Shown piece by piece: positions 1 through 10,121 of a stretch of 64,000 bases of DNA; within the stretch, counting starts at the first letter, position 1, and the number at the start of each line of letters is the position of its first letter. The notes beneath the pieces were generated by a model. The model had not been told where the DNA came from. It searched no databases and was given only the letters and a program-made list of their open reading frames with translations. The stretch lies in NCBI GenBank assembly GCA_963835575.1, contig CAWIGG010000004.1:992001-1056000 (forward strand). The letters run 5' to 3'. The DNA is from an uncultured Spirochaetota bacterium. GTDB taxonomy: Bacteria > Spirochaetota > Brevinematia > Brevinematales > JAOACQ01. Position numbers and translations under genes: made by a program.

Positions 1-817
1 CCCGGAGCATTTTTTCCCGGCCTTCCGGGTCAAGACTGCCCGCCGCCGTCGTGGCTGGAATATGCGCGCGCGGCAGAAGCAGGCGGACGAGCGATACGGC
101 GCGGAGCGTATGTTCAAACGATAGCTGGGGCGAACCCCCAAGCGGCGTATCGGGATGGGGGATAAAAGGGCCGATCCCGACCATATCCAGTTCGAGCTTC
201 CGGCAGAGCAGGGCATTCTGTACGCGGATCTCTTCGGTTTCACCCGGCAGGCCGGTCATATAGCCGGAGCCCGTTTCATAATCCAATTCCTTCAAGTCGG
301 CAAGGGCCTGAAGCCTCTCTTCAAGGGTCCGGCCGTTCCGGAGATGCCTGTGCAGGTCCGGGCCGGCTGTTTCAAAGCGCAGAAGATAGCGGTCGGCGCC
401 GGCTTTTTTAAAAGCCCGGTATTCTTCCTTTTTCCGGATGCCGCATGAAAGCGTCAGGGCGGCTTCCCCGTTTGTCTTTGTTTTTATTTTTTCGATCAGG
501 GCGGTTAATATTTTACCAGTGTAAAAATCGTCCTCGCCGCTCTGGAGGACAAATGTCCTCAGGCCCGCCTTAAAACCTTCCCTGATAATTTCCAGTATTT
601 GCTTTTCATCCAGCCTGTATCGGCTGATTTTTAAATTGCCCGCCCTGATCCCGCAGTACAGGCAGTCTCTCCGGCAATAGTTTGAGAACTCGACGAGGCC
701 GCGGAGCCACACGGTATTGCCATGATTTTCACGGCAGACCCGGTCGGCCTGTTTTGACAGTTCTTCGGGAGAAGCGGTTTTGTAGAAGTCGATGATGGTT
801 TTTATATCTTTTTCCAT
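1..817 (-). CDS. hydE: [FeFe]-hydrogenase maturation radical SAM protein HydE (runs off the window edge)
   Basis: Not in the ORF track. Read manually from ATG at 817: MEKDIKTIIDFYKTASPEELSKQADRVCRENHGNTVWLRGLVEFSNYCRRDCLYCGIR. Has the CxxxCxxC motif and an RGLVEFSN motif, and lies downstream of hydG. Confidence 0.85.
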   Translation of the reverse strand, partial: MEKDIKTIIDFYKTASPEELSKQADRVCRENHGNTVWLRGLVEFSNYCRRDCLYCGIRAGNLKISRYRLDEKQILEIIREGFKAGLRTFVLQSGEDDFYTGKILTALIEKIKTKTNGEAALTLSCGIRKKEEYRAFKKAGADRYLLRFETAGPDLHRHLRNGRTLEERLQALADLKELDYETGSGYMTGLPGETEEIRVQNALLCRKLELDMVGIGPFIPHPDTPLGGSPQLSFEHTLRAVSLVRLLLPRAHIPATTAAGSLDPEGREKMLR

Positions 818-824
818 TTTATTT

Positions 825-1078
825 CACCGCCAAGACACCAAGAACACAAAAAGGCACAAACGGGGATTAATAATTCTTTATTGTATCAATTAAAGCCATC
901 TATTAGCATTTCTTTTTTTTGGAATCAAATTGAGTAATCCGCTAAGTCACGCGAATGAACGCTAATATAATGTAACTATTAGAAACCTTCATTTTCATTC
1001 TTGATTCTTTGCGTGTATTCGCGTGCATTCGCGGATTACCCTAGTTGGCGGTCCTTGGTGTTCTTTGTGTCTTGGTAG
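825..1078. repeat. Nested imperfect inverted repeats (CACCAAG/CACGAAG-type and CACGCGAAT-type) with no gene inside
   Basis: caccgccaagacaccaagaacac pairs with ttggcggtccttggtgttctttgtgtcttggt. gtaatccgctaagtcacgcgaatgaacgc pairs with gcgtgtattcgcgtgcattcgcggattac. Confidence 0.7.
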
Positions 1079-1099
1079 TTAATCTGAACATTTCTCATT

Positions 1100-1891
1100 T
1101 TATTTTCCCTTTCTATATATGACCGTTGCCGAGGCCTGATGGGTCGGCATCAGCGTGATCTCGGAAATCTGGACGTGCTCCGGTGCGGATACGGCATAGA
1201 GAACAGCGTCCGCTATATCCTCCGCGTCGAGCGGTTTGACGCCTTCGTAAAATTTATGGGCGCGCTCTATGTTGCCATGAAAGCGGACGATGCTGAATTC
1301 CGTTTCGGCCAGGCCGGGCTGGATATTCGTCACGCGGATGGGCCGGTCGACAAGCTCCATCAGGAGGGCGTCGGATATAAAACGCACGGCGGCTTTCGAT
1401 GCGCAGTAAACGGCGCCGTGCGCGTAAGCCTGCTTCCCGGCGATGGAGCCGATATTTACGATATGGGCCTTTGCCCCGGCCGGAAGGGATTTTAAAAAAA
1501 GCTGTGTTATGTAGAGAAGTCCTTTTATGTTTGTGTCGATCATCGCGTCCCAGTCGTCCGGGTCGCCGTCCTGTACTTTTTCAAGTCCGAGCGCGAGGCC
1601 GGCGTTATTAATAAGAATGTCAATCTGTTTCCATTCACCGGGAAGATTTTTAAACCAGTCTTCGCAGGCGGAACGGTCCCGGACATCCAGCTTTCCAGAG
1701 TACAATTTCACACCGTACTTTTTTTGAAGACCTTTTGAGACTTCCTCAAGCCTGTCCATCCGCCTCGCGCAGAGGACCAGCCGCGCTCCTGCCCCTGCGA
1801 ATTTTTCCGCGCAGGCTTTGCCGAAGCCGCTCGAAGCGCCGGTGATAAAAACGGTCTTGTTTTTTAAGATTGTCCGCATATGATCCCTCAA
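1100..1891 (-). CDS. SDR-family NAD(P)-dependent oxidoreductase (YdfG-like)
   Basis: TGASSGFG, NNAG and YCASK motifs. Confidence 0.9.
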   Translation of the reverse strand: MRDHMRTILKNKTVFITGASSGFGKACAEKFAGAGARLVLCARRMDRLEEVSKGLQKKYGVKLYSGKLDVRDRSACEDWFKNLPGEWKQIDILINNAGLALGLEKVQDGDPDDWDAMIDTNIKGLLYITQLFLKSLPAGAKAHIVNIGSIAGKQAYAHGAVYCASKAAVRFISDALLMELVDRPIRVTNIQPGLAETEFSIVRFHGNIERAHKFYEGVKPLDAEDIADAVLYAVSAPEHVQISEITLMPTHQASATVIYRKGK

Positions 1892-3294
1892 AAATAAATG
1901 TCCCGTTCGCCATTACCGATTTTTTCAAGGACCTCCGCCATTCTCTTTTTTAAGGCGGGTTTATCCGCGCCGTTTATAAGTGAATCGATCAGCTTGAGCC
2001 CTTTTTCCCTGACATCAGGGGAAGCGTAATCGCTGAGATATTCCTTGAATGTAAATACAGCGTTCGGAAAACAGAATTCCTTGATCAGCCCGGGTTTCGC
2101 CAGGTCCATAAAGTCATGACCTACCCTTCCCTTCCGGTAGCAGCCCGTGCAGAAGGAAGGAATATATTTATCGTCGATCAAAGCGGAAATGACTTCCTCC
2201 AGCGACCGGTGGTCGCCCAGCGAGAACTGCCCGCCCTTATCGTTATTAATATGGGCCGCGTAAGCGCCGGGATTTGTCCGGGAACCTGCCGAGATCTGGC
2301 TGATGCCGTAATGGAAGAGCTCCGTGCGGAGCTTTTCGCTTTCGCGCGTCGAGAGAATGATCCCGGTGTAAGGCAGCGCGATGCGGATGACGGCGACGAT
2401 CTTTTTAAAGTCCTCGTCGCTCACAGGATAGGGAATATGGCGCGAGAGCGGCGCGCCGTCCGCCGGTTCGATCCTGGGGACGCTCACGGTATGGGGGCCG
2501 CAGCCGAACGCTTTTTCCAGATGAGCGGCATGCTCCATCAGCGCCAGCACCTCAAAGCGGTAATCCGCCAGGCCGAAAAGTGCGCCGATGCCGACATCGT
2601 CGATGCCGCCCGCCATTGCGCGGTCCATGACGGTCAGGCGCCATTCATAATCCGCCTTTCTGCCGGAGGGATGGTATTTTTTATAAAGCTCTTCGTCGTA
2701 TGTTTCCTGGAAGCAGACGTATGTGCCGATTTTTTCCGCCTTGAGCTTTTTAAAACCTTCTATATCCTGAGGGGCGATCTCGACATTGACCCTCCGGATG
2801 TAAGCCTCCCCGGCCCGCGCGGCGTACGCCGTCCGGATCGCCGAAAGAAAATAATCCGGCGGCAGTTCCTCAGTCTCGCCGCAGAGCATAAGAAGCCTTT
2901 TATGCCCCTGCTCGAGGAGCGTGATCACTTCTTTTTCAACCTGCGGCAGTGTGAGATTTGTCCTGTGTATTGATTTGTTGTCTTTGCGGAACGCGCAGTA
3001 AAGGCAGTTGTTCGAACAGATATTGCCGATGTAAAGAGGCGCGAACAGAACCAGGCGGTTGCCGTAAATCTCCTGTTTGACCTTGTTGGCGGTGATGAAT
3101 ATTTTTTTCAGCTGGTCTTTATCTTTTATCTGGAGAAGGGCGGAAACGTCTTTTTGGTTCAAGCCCTTGAGTATGAGCGCTTTTTCCAGGATGGCGTTTA
3201 CTTCGCTTTCAGTAGGTTCAAGTCTATCTATCAGTCCGTAGAGCCTATCCCTGTCAATGAAATTCTTCGGGCCCGAAGCCTTCGTTTGGGTCAT
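1888..3294 (-). CDS. hydG: [FeFe]-hydrogenase maturation radical SAM protein HydG
   Basis: LFAPLYIGNICSNNCLYCAF motif, plus C-terminal PSFCTGCYRKGR...C auxiliary-cluster motif. Confidence 0.93.
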   Translation of the reverse strand: MTQTKASGPKNFIDRDRLYGLIDRLEPTESEVNAILEKALILKGLNQKDVSALLQIKDKDQLKKIFITANKVKQEIYGNRLVLFAPLYIGNICSNNCLYCAFRKDNKSIHRTNLTLPQVEKEVITLLEQGHKRLLMLCGETEELPPDYFLSAIRTAYAARAGEAYIRRVNVEIAPQDIEGFKKLKAEKIGTYVCFQETYDEELYKKYHPSGRKADYEWRLTVMDRAMAGGIDDVGIGALFGLADYRFEVLALMEHAAHLEKAFGCGPHTVSVPRIEPADGAPLSRHIPYPVSDEDFKKIVAVIRIALPYTGIILSTRESEKLRTELFHYGISQISAGSRTNPGAYAAHINNDKGGQFSLGDHRSLEEVISALIDDKYIPSFCTGCYRKGRVGHDFMDLAKPGLIKEFCFPNAVFTFKEYLSDYASPDVREKGLKLIDSLINGADKPALKKRMAEVLEKIGNGERDIYF

Positions 3295-3550
3295 TATCTT
3301 CCTCCCTGTATCTGGTCAAAACCGATTTGACCTGGATGCCCTCCAGCTTTCCGATCTTTCCTGTCAGGGCGCCGATCTGGTCCGTATCGCCTTCCACAAT
3401 GAGGGAGATGATGTGAATGCCTTTATCGCGGAGAGGCAGGCCCATCCTGCCGATAATGATCTCTCCATGCTCGGACAAAAGCGAGTTGAGTTTCGGGACG
3501 TTTTTTGTTTCTTTGAGAAGAATTGCGACAACGCCGATTCTCTTTTCCAT
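3254..3550 (-). CDS. Iron-only hydrogenase system regulator (TM1266-like)
   Basis: MEKRIGVVAI...IIGRMGLP...IGALTGKIGKLEGIQVKS. Directly upstream of hydG, with GGAG RBS before ATG 3550. Confidence 0.85.
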   Translation of the reverse strand: MEKRIGVVAILLKETKNVPKLNSLLSEHGEIIIGRMGLPLRDKGIHIISLIVEGDTDQIGALTGKIGKLEGIQVKSVLTRYREEDNDPNEGFGPEEFH

Positions 3551-3670
3551 CAGATGTCTCCTCCGGATCAGTCTGGGATTCAAACGGCTCCTTGATACAA
3601 TGAGTGATCGTATCTTAGAGGCTGATAGATTTTACGCCTGTTTTTTACAAATGTCAAAATAATAGGTATA

Positions 3671-4160
3671 ACCACGAAGGGCACGAAGAACACGAAGAAG
3701 CACTAACGGGGGATTAACAGGCGGGAAGGGGGAACGGACGGGGTAATCCGCGAAGCCACGCGAATGGACGCTAAGGGGATTAACAGGAAGTCACGAAGAC
3801 GGGAAGGGAAACGGGGGGTCAGCCACGGAATTTCACGGAAGGGCACGGAAAGGACTGAAATCGGGGGGCTATGCCCGGCGGAGGAAAGATTTTGATTGAG
3901 AAGACCTTTTTGTTTTATTAAAAATTATTGTACGACTCAATTTCACACAGATTACACGGATTAAGGCGGATTTATAGGATTTAGTTTTACTTGACGATGC
4001 TTGTAAAGTTTTAATCGGTGTCTGGTATGAGATAGGACGCTTGTGAACGGGGATTTTATAAGGGGGCTACGCCTGAAATATGAAAGATTAAATTTTATTA
4101 TTCTTTAATGTAATATCCGATTGTTCACACAGATGATGCGGAATGGATGGATTTATGCGG
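3671..4160. repeat. Left composite repeat arm flanking the DUF2971-like gene
   Basis: Series of short motif blocks (accacgaagggcacgaagaacacgaag, ccgcgaagccacgcgaatggacgc, ccacggaatttcacggaagggcacggaa, gggctacgcctgaaata) whose reverse complements occur at 5140-5610. Confidence 0.75.
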
Positions 4161-4163
4161 AAA

Positions 4164-5069
4164 TTAATGTTCGCGAAATGCAGGTAATATTTTTGGACCA
4201 CTTTCAAACCAGTGAATACTATAAAGATCAATATTCTTTTCTTTACACAATGGCCATAATTTACTCTTTTCTTTATTTGTTACTTTATCACCAATAACAA
4301 TGGCTTGAATTGTCGATGTAATATCAAAATAAATATCAATATTTTGTTCATTATAAATCATAATTCTAAATTCATTTTCATCCTGATAATCTTTGAATTT
4401 ATAAAACAGGGATTCAAATAATATTTTCTTGTTTGATTGGTAATAGCGTTCAGCATCTTGTTTAGGATTGATTCCATTATAGTGGGGAATATGTCTCAAT
4501 GACTCAAAAGCACCAGGTAATAGATTTTTATAAATAACTTTTTCTGCATACAAGTTTTCATCAGAATAAAAATTTTTAACCGTTTCTATTAATTTTTGTT
4601 TAATAAAAACTAAACATACACCTTCATGCCCATTTGCATATTGTCCCCACATTCTTGATCTTCCATATCCTTTTAAGAATGGGTCATCATGAATTGAACC
4701 ACTTTTATCTATACAAAAACAGCAAACTCGATGATTTTTCTTTTCCGAATTGATTATTTTCTCATATTCTTTGCGAAATTGGGACTCACTATCGGATCTT
4801 CCAAGAATTGAATCGGGTTCCTTGCCAAATATTTGTTCTTGAGTTAAAGAAAAAGTAGGGAAATATTCCTTATATTCCAACGGATCGTTTGTCATATTCA
4901 TTCGATTAAACAAAAGCTTGTTCGTTTTTAGTACTTTGAAAGCTTTTTTTGAATCTGTATAATGGTAAAGTAATTCATCTGTATATTGTGAATAAAGAAG
5001 TTCATCTATTTTTTTATTCATAATTGTGAAAGCTTCTATCATTTTCTTTATTTTATTTCTCCAAAACAT
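4164..5069 (-). CDS. DUF2971-like domain protein, AT-rich
   Basis: LYHYT, NDPLE, CFC, MWGQYANGHEGVCL and K..YQDENEFR motifs. Confidence 0.8.
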   Translation of the reverse strand: MFWRNKIKKMIEAFTIMNKKIDELLYSQYTDELLYHYTDSKKAFKVLKTNKLLFNRMNMTNDPLEYKEYFPTFSLTQEQIFGKEPDSILGRSDSESQFRKEYEKIINSEKKNHRVCCFCIDKSGSIHDDPFLKGYGRSRMWGQYANGHEGVCLVFIKQKLIETVKNFYSDENLYAEKVIYKNLLPGAFESLRHIPHYNGINPKQDAERYYQSNKKILFESLFYKFKDYQDENEFRIMIYNEQNIDIYFDITSTIQAIVIGDKVTNKEKSKLWPLCKEKNIDLYSIHWFESGPKILPAFREH

Positions 5070-5139
5070 AGATTGAAAAATTAATCTATTTTATTCATTT
5101 TAAATAGTTCATTAATAATTATCAATTAACTTCCACAAA

Positions 5140-5610
5140 AAATCCATGTTAATCCGTCTGTTTTGTGAAATTAGCGTTAAATTGTGGTCTGAAAAACAAC
5201 TTTTATAAATTATTCAAGAATTCAATATTAAAATTCTTTGTCTGCCGGGCGTAGCCCCCAATCAATCTCAATTACCAACCATCTGCGTAAGATTATGCGC
5301 CGGGTAAAAGAGTAAAGGCGGCTTTGAACAAAACTAAATCCTTTAAAATTCGATTAATCCGCGTAATCCGTGATAAATTGGGGTCTGATAAATTGTTTTA
5401 ATATCATTTAAAAGAATTCTTTGTTAAAATCCTTTGTATTTCAGGCGTAGCCCGCCTAATTCTTCTTCCGTGATCTTCCGTGCAATTCTGTGGCTAACCT
5501 CGTCGTTTCTTCCTTTCTTCCCGCCTGTTAATCCTTTTCATTCGCGTCCATTCGCGTGGATTCGCGGATGACCCCCGTTTGTGTTTCTTCGTGTCCTTGG
5601 TACCCTTGGT
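5140..5610. repeat. Right composite repeat arm flanking the DUF2971-like gene
   Basis: tatttcaggcgtagccc, ttccgtgatcttccgtgcaattctgtggct, ttcgcgtccattcgcgtggattcgcgg and cttcgtgtccttggt are inverted counterparts of 3671-4160. Confidence 0.75.
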
Positions 5611-5688
5611 AATGAAAAAAAAGTATTGACATTCATCGCATTACTTATTATTTATTATAATAGCATTTCACAATCAAGGAGGTTTGAA

Positions 5689-6651
5689 ATGAAAGCTATT
5701 TTAATTCATGAATTCGGCGGGCCGGAAGTCCTCAGGCTTGAGGAAGTTCCTACACCGGTTCCTTCAGCCGGGCAGGTGCTGGTCCGTATCTATGCCGCCG
5801 GCGTCAACCCGGCCGACACATACACGCGTACTGGGAATTATGCGGTCAAGCCCCAGCTTCCCTTTACGCCGGGCACTGACGGCGCCGGTACAATTGAAAG
5901 TGTGGGCAGCGGCATAACAAAAGTAAAGCCCGGCGACAGGGTCTATCTGGCGCGCTCCATTACCGGCGCTTATGCCGAATACGCGCTGGCGCTGGGATCC
6001 CAGGCGCACCGTCTGCCGGACAATGTTTCCTATTCTCAGGGTGCCGGCGTTTATGTCCCTTATGGCACGGCCTACCACGCCCTTCATCACCGGGCGAAAG
6101 CGCTCGCCGGTGAGACGGTCCTTGTCCATGGGGCAAGCGGCGGTGTCGGCATCGCGGCGGTGCAGATGGGCGCGGCTATGGGGCTCAAAGTCTTCGGTAC
6201 GGCAGGAAGCGCGAGAGGGCTTGAGCTGGTAAAAAAAGAAGGAGCTATAGCCGTTTTCGATCATAACAAACCGGGCTATCAGGATAAAATCCTTGAAAAA
6301 ACGGAAGGCAGAGGCGTCGACATCATCCTTGAAATGCTGGCCAATGTCAATCTGGGCGCCGACCTGAAGCTTCTCTCAAAAAACGGGCGCGTTGTGGTTA
6401 TCGGAAGCAGGGGAGATGTGACAATTACTCCCCGGGAGTTGATGGCCCGCCGAGCTTCAATCCATGGCATGATGCTTTGGAATATTACGGAACCTGAGAC
6501 TGAGGAAATCCATGCCGGGATTATCGAAGGGCTTGAAAAAGGGGCGCTCCGGCCCGTTGTCGGTAAGGAACTGCCTCTTGCGGAGGCTGCCCGCGCCCAT
6601 AAAGAAATTATGGAACCGGGCGCTTATGGTAAGATCGTCTTGCTGCCGTAA
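5689..6651 (+). CDS. NADPH:quinone oxidoreductase (zeta-crystallin/MDR family)
   Basis: MKAILIHEFGGPEVL, GVNPAD and HGASGGVG motifs. AGGAGG RBS before ATG 5689. Confidence 0.9.
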   Translation: MKAILIHEFGGPEVLRLEEVPTPVPSAGQVLVRIYAAGVNPADTYTRTGNYAVKPQLPFTPGTDGAGTIESVGSGITKVKPGDRVYLARSITGAYAEYALALGSQAHRLPDNVSYSQGAGVYVPYGTAYHALHHRAKALAGETVLVHGASGGVGIAAVQMGAAMGLKVFGTAGSARGLELVKKEGAIAVFDHNKPGYQDKILEKTEGRGVDIILEMLANVNLGADLKLLSKNGRVVVIGSRGDVTITPRELMARRASIHGMMLWNITEPETEEIHAGIIEGLEKGALRPVVGKELPLAEAARAHKEIMEPGAYGKIVLLP

Positions 6652-6700
6652 ATCAATAATGATTATTACAAAAGTAATATATGAATCGTGTACAAAATGC

Positions 6701-6844
6701 GTCATTGCGAGAAATTCGTTTTAAACCATGCCGATGATTATCGAGCGAAGCAATCTGTTTAATAATAAAGATATCTTCATATATAGACAGATTGCTTCGT
6801 ACTTTGCATAGTGGCGAAGTTTAATTCTTGCGACTAGCAATGAC
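6701..6844. repeat. Inverted pair of GTCATTGCGAG...GAAGCAATCT REP-like elements
   Basis: gtcattgcgag...gcgaagcaatctgt followed by acagattgcttcg...ctagcaatgac. Same family as 34233-35444. Confidence 0.8.
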
Positions 6845-6952
6845 AGCTTTTTTATTTAAAATAAGATGAGTAATTAATGTTTACATACTTTTAACTTATT
6901 TATTTGCAAAACGGGCTGTTATTCCTTATAATTTATTTCCCGTATAATAAAT

Positions 6953-8257
6953 ATGGATTTTGGAATGAGTGAAAAATATAGTGTGAAGCCCTATCAGGGA
7001 AGAATAAAAGCCGAGCTTTCACTGCCCGGCTCGAAAAGCATCACAAACCGCGCGCTTCTTCTTTCGGCCCTGGCCGATGGAAAAACAAAGCTTTTCAATT
7101 TCCTTTTTTCCGATGATACGGATTTTATGTTTAAGGCGCTCAGGCAGACAGGAATGTCAATTACCGCTGATGATATCAATAAGACATGCGAAATAGAAGG
7201 CGGAAAACTTCCGGAAGGCAGTTTCAGCCTTTTTGTCGGTAATGCCGGCACGGCGATGCGTTTTCTGTCGTCTTACTATACTCTCGGGAAAGGGGAGTTT
7301 CTTCTTGACGGCGATGAGAGAATGCGCCAGCGGCCCATACAGGACCTGTTAAACGCTCTTTCACAGCTGGGCTGTAATATTCAATCGGTAAAAGACAGCG
7401 GCTGTCCGCCGGTCCGAATTATTTCTGATGGTATGCCGGGCGGGGAGTGCATGGTCGTCGGAAAAAACTCCAGCCAGTATATTTCTTCCATATTAATGTC
7501 GGCGCCTTACAGCAGGAACGGCGTCAGGATCAAACCATCCGGGGAAGTTGCTTCCCGGCCCTATCTGGATATGACAATAAAAATGATGGAACAGTTCGGT
7601 TTGAAGATCTCCCGGAATTCGTATAAGGAATTCAGCGTGCCGGCCGGAGCTTACAAGAGCCCGGGAGAATATTATATTGAACCGGACGCCTCCAGCGCGT
7701 CTTATTTTTTAGCGGCGGCCGCTATTTTAGGGGGTGAGATAACTATCAAAGGGCTTGGGAGAAATTCCCTGCAGGGTGACGCTCTTTTTGTAAAATACCT
7801 TGAGCAGATGGGCTGTTCGGTTGAATTGAATGATGATTTGATCAAACTCATATCGGATGGGAAATTAAAGGGAATTGATGCGGACATGAACTCTCTTCCC
7901 GACATGGCGCCGACGCTGGCCGTGACAGCGCTTTTTGCGGAAGGGCCGACCCGCATCAGAAATGTGGCCAATTTAAGGATCAAAGAAAGCGACCGGATCA
8001 GCGCGCTCGCTGCGGAATTGAAAAAACTCGGGGCGGAAGTCAAAGAATCCGCCGCCGGCCTTGATATATTTCCGAAAAATAATTATAATCATGCTCTTAT
8101 TGAAACCTATAATGATCACAGGATAGCAATGGCTTTTTCCATTGCCGGGCTTAAAATTGAAGGTGTGGAAATTTCCAATCCTTCATGCGTGTCGAAAACA
8201 TTTCCCGATTTTTATGAATATTTCGGAAGTGTATTTAATAATCAGCATAATTTTTGA
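6953..8257 (+). CDS. aroA: 3-phosphoshikimate 1-carboxyvinyltransferase
   Basis: PGSKSITNR, GNAGTAMR, SSQY, KESDRI and DHRIAM motifs. Confidence 0.96.
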   Translation: MDFGMSEKYSVKPYQGRIKAELSLPGSKSITNRALLLSALADGKTKLFNFLFSDDTDFMFKALRQTGMSITADDINKTCEIEGGKLPEGSFSLFVGNAGTAMRFLSSYYTLGKGEFLLDGDERMRQRPIQDLLNALSQLGCNIQSVKDSGCPPVRIISDGMPGGECMVVGKNSSQYISSILMSAPYSRNGVRIKPSGEVASRPYLDMTIKMMEQFGLKISRNSYKEFSVPAGAYKSPGEYYIEPDASSASYFLAAAAILGGEITIKGLGRNSLQGDALFVKYLEQMGCSVELNDDLIKLISDGKLKGIDADMNSLPDMAPTLAVTALFAEGPTRIRNVANLRIKESDRISALAAELKKLGAEVKESAAGLDIFPKNNYNHALIETYNDHRIAMAFSIAGLKIEGVEISNPSCVSKTFPDFYEYFGSVFNNQHNF

Positions 8258-8297
8258 CATTTTTTTAAAAACAAGTGTATAATAAAAAATGCTACGA

Positions 8298-8370
8298 GCC
8301 CATATAGCTCAGCTGGTAGAGCACCTCCATGGTAAGGAGGGGGTCGGCGGTTCAATCCCGCCTGTGGGCT
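8298..8370 (+). tRNA. tRNA-Thr(GGT)
   Basis: gcccata acceptor stem, D arm agctcagctggtagagc, anticodon arm cctcc-atGGTaa-ggagg, ggttcaatcc T loop. CCA is not encoded. Confidence 0.93.
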
Positions 8371-8488
8371 AATGTGTGTAACAGGCTGCCGGTTGAAAAT
8401 TGGGCTTGAAGGGATCGCTTAAAACCAGCGGCTTGTTGAAGATATATATAAATTTTTATATTAATGCAAATAGAGATGGAGTGTTTTT

Positions 8489-8641
8489 ATGCAGATTGTT
8501 ACGTTGGAATGCGAAACCTGCGGAGAAAGAAATTACACAACGAATAAAACGAAAGAAATGGTCCAGCAAAGGGTAAAATTGAATATTAAAAAGTACTGCC
8601 CGCGCTGCAGAAAGCATACGGTTCATAAAGAAGTAAAATAA
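8489..8641 (+). CDS. rpmG: 50S ribosomal protein L33 (zinc-ribbon type)
   Basis: Manual translation: [50 protein letters not shown]. Confidence 0.95.
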   Translation: MQIVTLECETCGERNYTTNKTKEMVQQRVKLNIKKYCPRCRKHTVHKEVK

Positions 8642-8646
8642 AGCGG

Positions 8647-8760
8647 AAAGCTAAAAGCTAAAAGCTAAAAGCGGGCAGGGAGAAATTTCCTGAAAGCAAG
8701 CGATAGTTTTTTATTATGTATTCCCGGCTTTTTGCTTTCTGACTTTCAGCTTTGAGCTAA
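8647..8760. repeat. Short-period AAAGCT tandem repeats with inverted counterpart
   Basis: aaagctaaaagctaaaagctaaaagc ... gctttttgctttctgactttcagctttgagct. Similar motifs at 20555-20700 and 21450-21520. Confidence 0.55.
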
Positions 8761-8766
8761 TAATAT

Positions 8767-8839
8767 AGGCCTGTAGCTCAATTGGCAGAGTAGCGGTCTC
8801 CAAAACCGTTGGTTGGGGGTTCGATTCCCTCCAGGCCTG
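8767..8839 (+). tRNA. tRNA-Trp(CCA)
   Basis: aggcctg acceptor stem, anticodon loop ctCCAaa, ggttcgattcc T loop. Canonical position before secE. Confidence 0.94.
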
Positions 8840-8856
8840 ATTACTAGGAGTTTAAT

Positions 8857-9099
8857 ATGGCGACTTTGATATATTGGATTATAATTGGAGCCGGGGTTCT
8901 CATTGTCGGAATTGTACTGATTGTACAAAGGGCTTTTGTCAAGGAAAGCCTGGATGAGTTGAAAAAAGTTACCTGGCCTTCCAGGGAGCTGGCGCTGACT
9001 TCCGCTACTGTAACGATTATTTTCGTTGTTGTGTTTTCGCTTATGCTGGCTGTACTGGATTATGTCGCTAATTTAGTTGTAAAAGGCATGGTTAGATAG
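8857..9099 (+). CDS. secE: Preprotein translocase subunit SecE
   Basis: ELKKVTWPSR motif followed by a TM helix. Confidence 0.93.
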   Translation: MATLIYWIIIGAGVLIVGIVLIVQRAFVKESLDELKKVTWPSRELALTSATVTIIFVVVFSLMLAVLDYVANLVVKGMVR

Positions 9100-9100
9100 A

Positions 9101-9664
9101 ATGGCAAGAGGATGGTTTGTAATTCAGGTCTATACCGGATATGAAAAGAGGACAACGAATGATCTGCTTGCGAAAAAAACCAATGGGTCTCTCAAGGATA
9201 TTTTGCTGGATGTGAAAATCCCCGAAGAAGAATATGTAGTTGAAAAGAAAAATAAAAAAGTCGTTAAGAAAAGAAATCTTTATCCTGGTTATATATTAGC
9301 CGAGCTGGACCTTCCCGACGATGATGCAGTCTGGAAGAAGGTTTATTCCGAGATCCGCTCTATTACGGGAGTGGGTATGTTTTTAACGGCCGGGGGCGGG
9401 AACAAAAGGCCTTCCCCGCTGGCTTATGATGATGTAAAGTCCATCTTTGAAAAAACAGGCGAGATTAAACCGCATCTGGCAAAACTGGAATCGGGATTTT
9501 CTATCGGCGATAAGGTCAAGATCAATGAAGGTCCTTTCAAGGATTTTGAGGGCGAGGTCCAGGAAATCCATAATGAGAAGAACAGCCTCACTTTAAGGGT
9601 TGAGATTTTCGGACGGCTGACGCCGGTAGAGCTGGATTTCAATCAGATCCAGCGGATTTCATAG
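9101..9664 (+). CDS. nusG: Transcription termination/antitermination factor NusG
   Basis: [16 protein letters not shown] and [11 protein letters not shown]...[10 protein letters not shown] motifs. Confidence 0.96.
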   Translation: MARGWFVIQVYTGYEKRTTNDLLAKKTNGSLKDILLDVKIPEEEYVVEKKNKKVVKKRNLYPGYILAELDLPDDDAVWKKVYSEIRSITGVGMFLTAGGGNKRPSPLAYDDVKSIFEKTGEIKPHLAKLESGFSIGDKVKINEGPFKDFEGEVQEIHNEKNSLTLRVEIFGRLTPVELDFNQIQRIS

Positions 9665-9686
9665 AGGTGAAAGAAGGAGAATTCAA

Positions 9687-10121
9687 ATGGCACCGAAAAC
9701 AAAAAAGTTAAAAGCGATTGTAAAATTACAGATTCCCGCAGGGCTTGCCAATCCGGCTCCGCCTGTCGGGACGGCCCTCGGACCTCATGGCATTCCTTTA
9801 ATGGATTTCTGCAAGCAGTTTAATGACGCGACAAAAGATAAAGCGGGTTTTATTATTCCCGTTGTTTTAAGCGTTTTTGAGGACAGGACGTTTACTTTTA
9901 TAACCAAGACGCCGCCTGCTTCCAATCTCATTAAAAAAGAGCTGGGCCTTGAAAAGGGTTCTTCCGAATCCAATAAGCAGAAGGTCGGGAAGATCACGAT
10001 GGAACAGTTGAAAAAGATCGCGCAGATCAAGATGCAGGATTTGAACGCGAAGGACATAGACGCGGCGGCCAGGATTATCGGCGGGACCGCCAGAAATATG
10101 GGTATAGAGCTGGAGGGGTAA
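9687..10121 (+). CDS. rplK: 50S ribosomal protein L11
   Basis: [18 protein letters not shown] and KTPPAS motifs. Confidence 0.97.
   Translation: MAPKTKKLKAIVKLQIPAGLANPAPPVGTALGPHGIPLMDFCKQFNDATKDKAGFIIPVVLSVFEDRTFTFITKTPPASNLIKKELGLEKGSSESNKQKVGKITMEQLKKIAQIKMQDLNAKDIDAAARIIGGTARNMGIELEG

Noticed and set aside
8371..8488. No tuf between tRNA-Thr and rpmG, and no rpsL after rpoC
   Set aside because: Such rearrangements are common among bacterial lineages and are not evidence of a new system.
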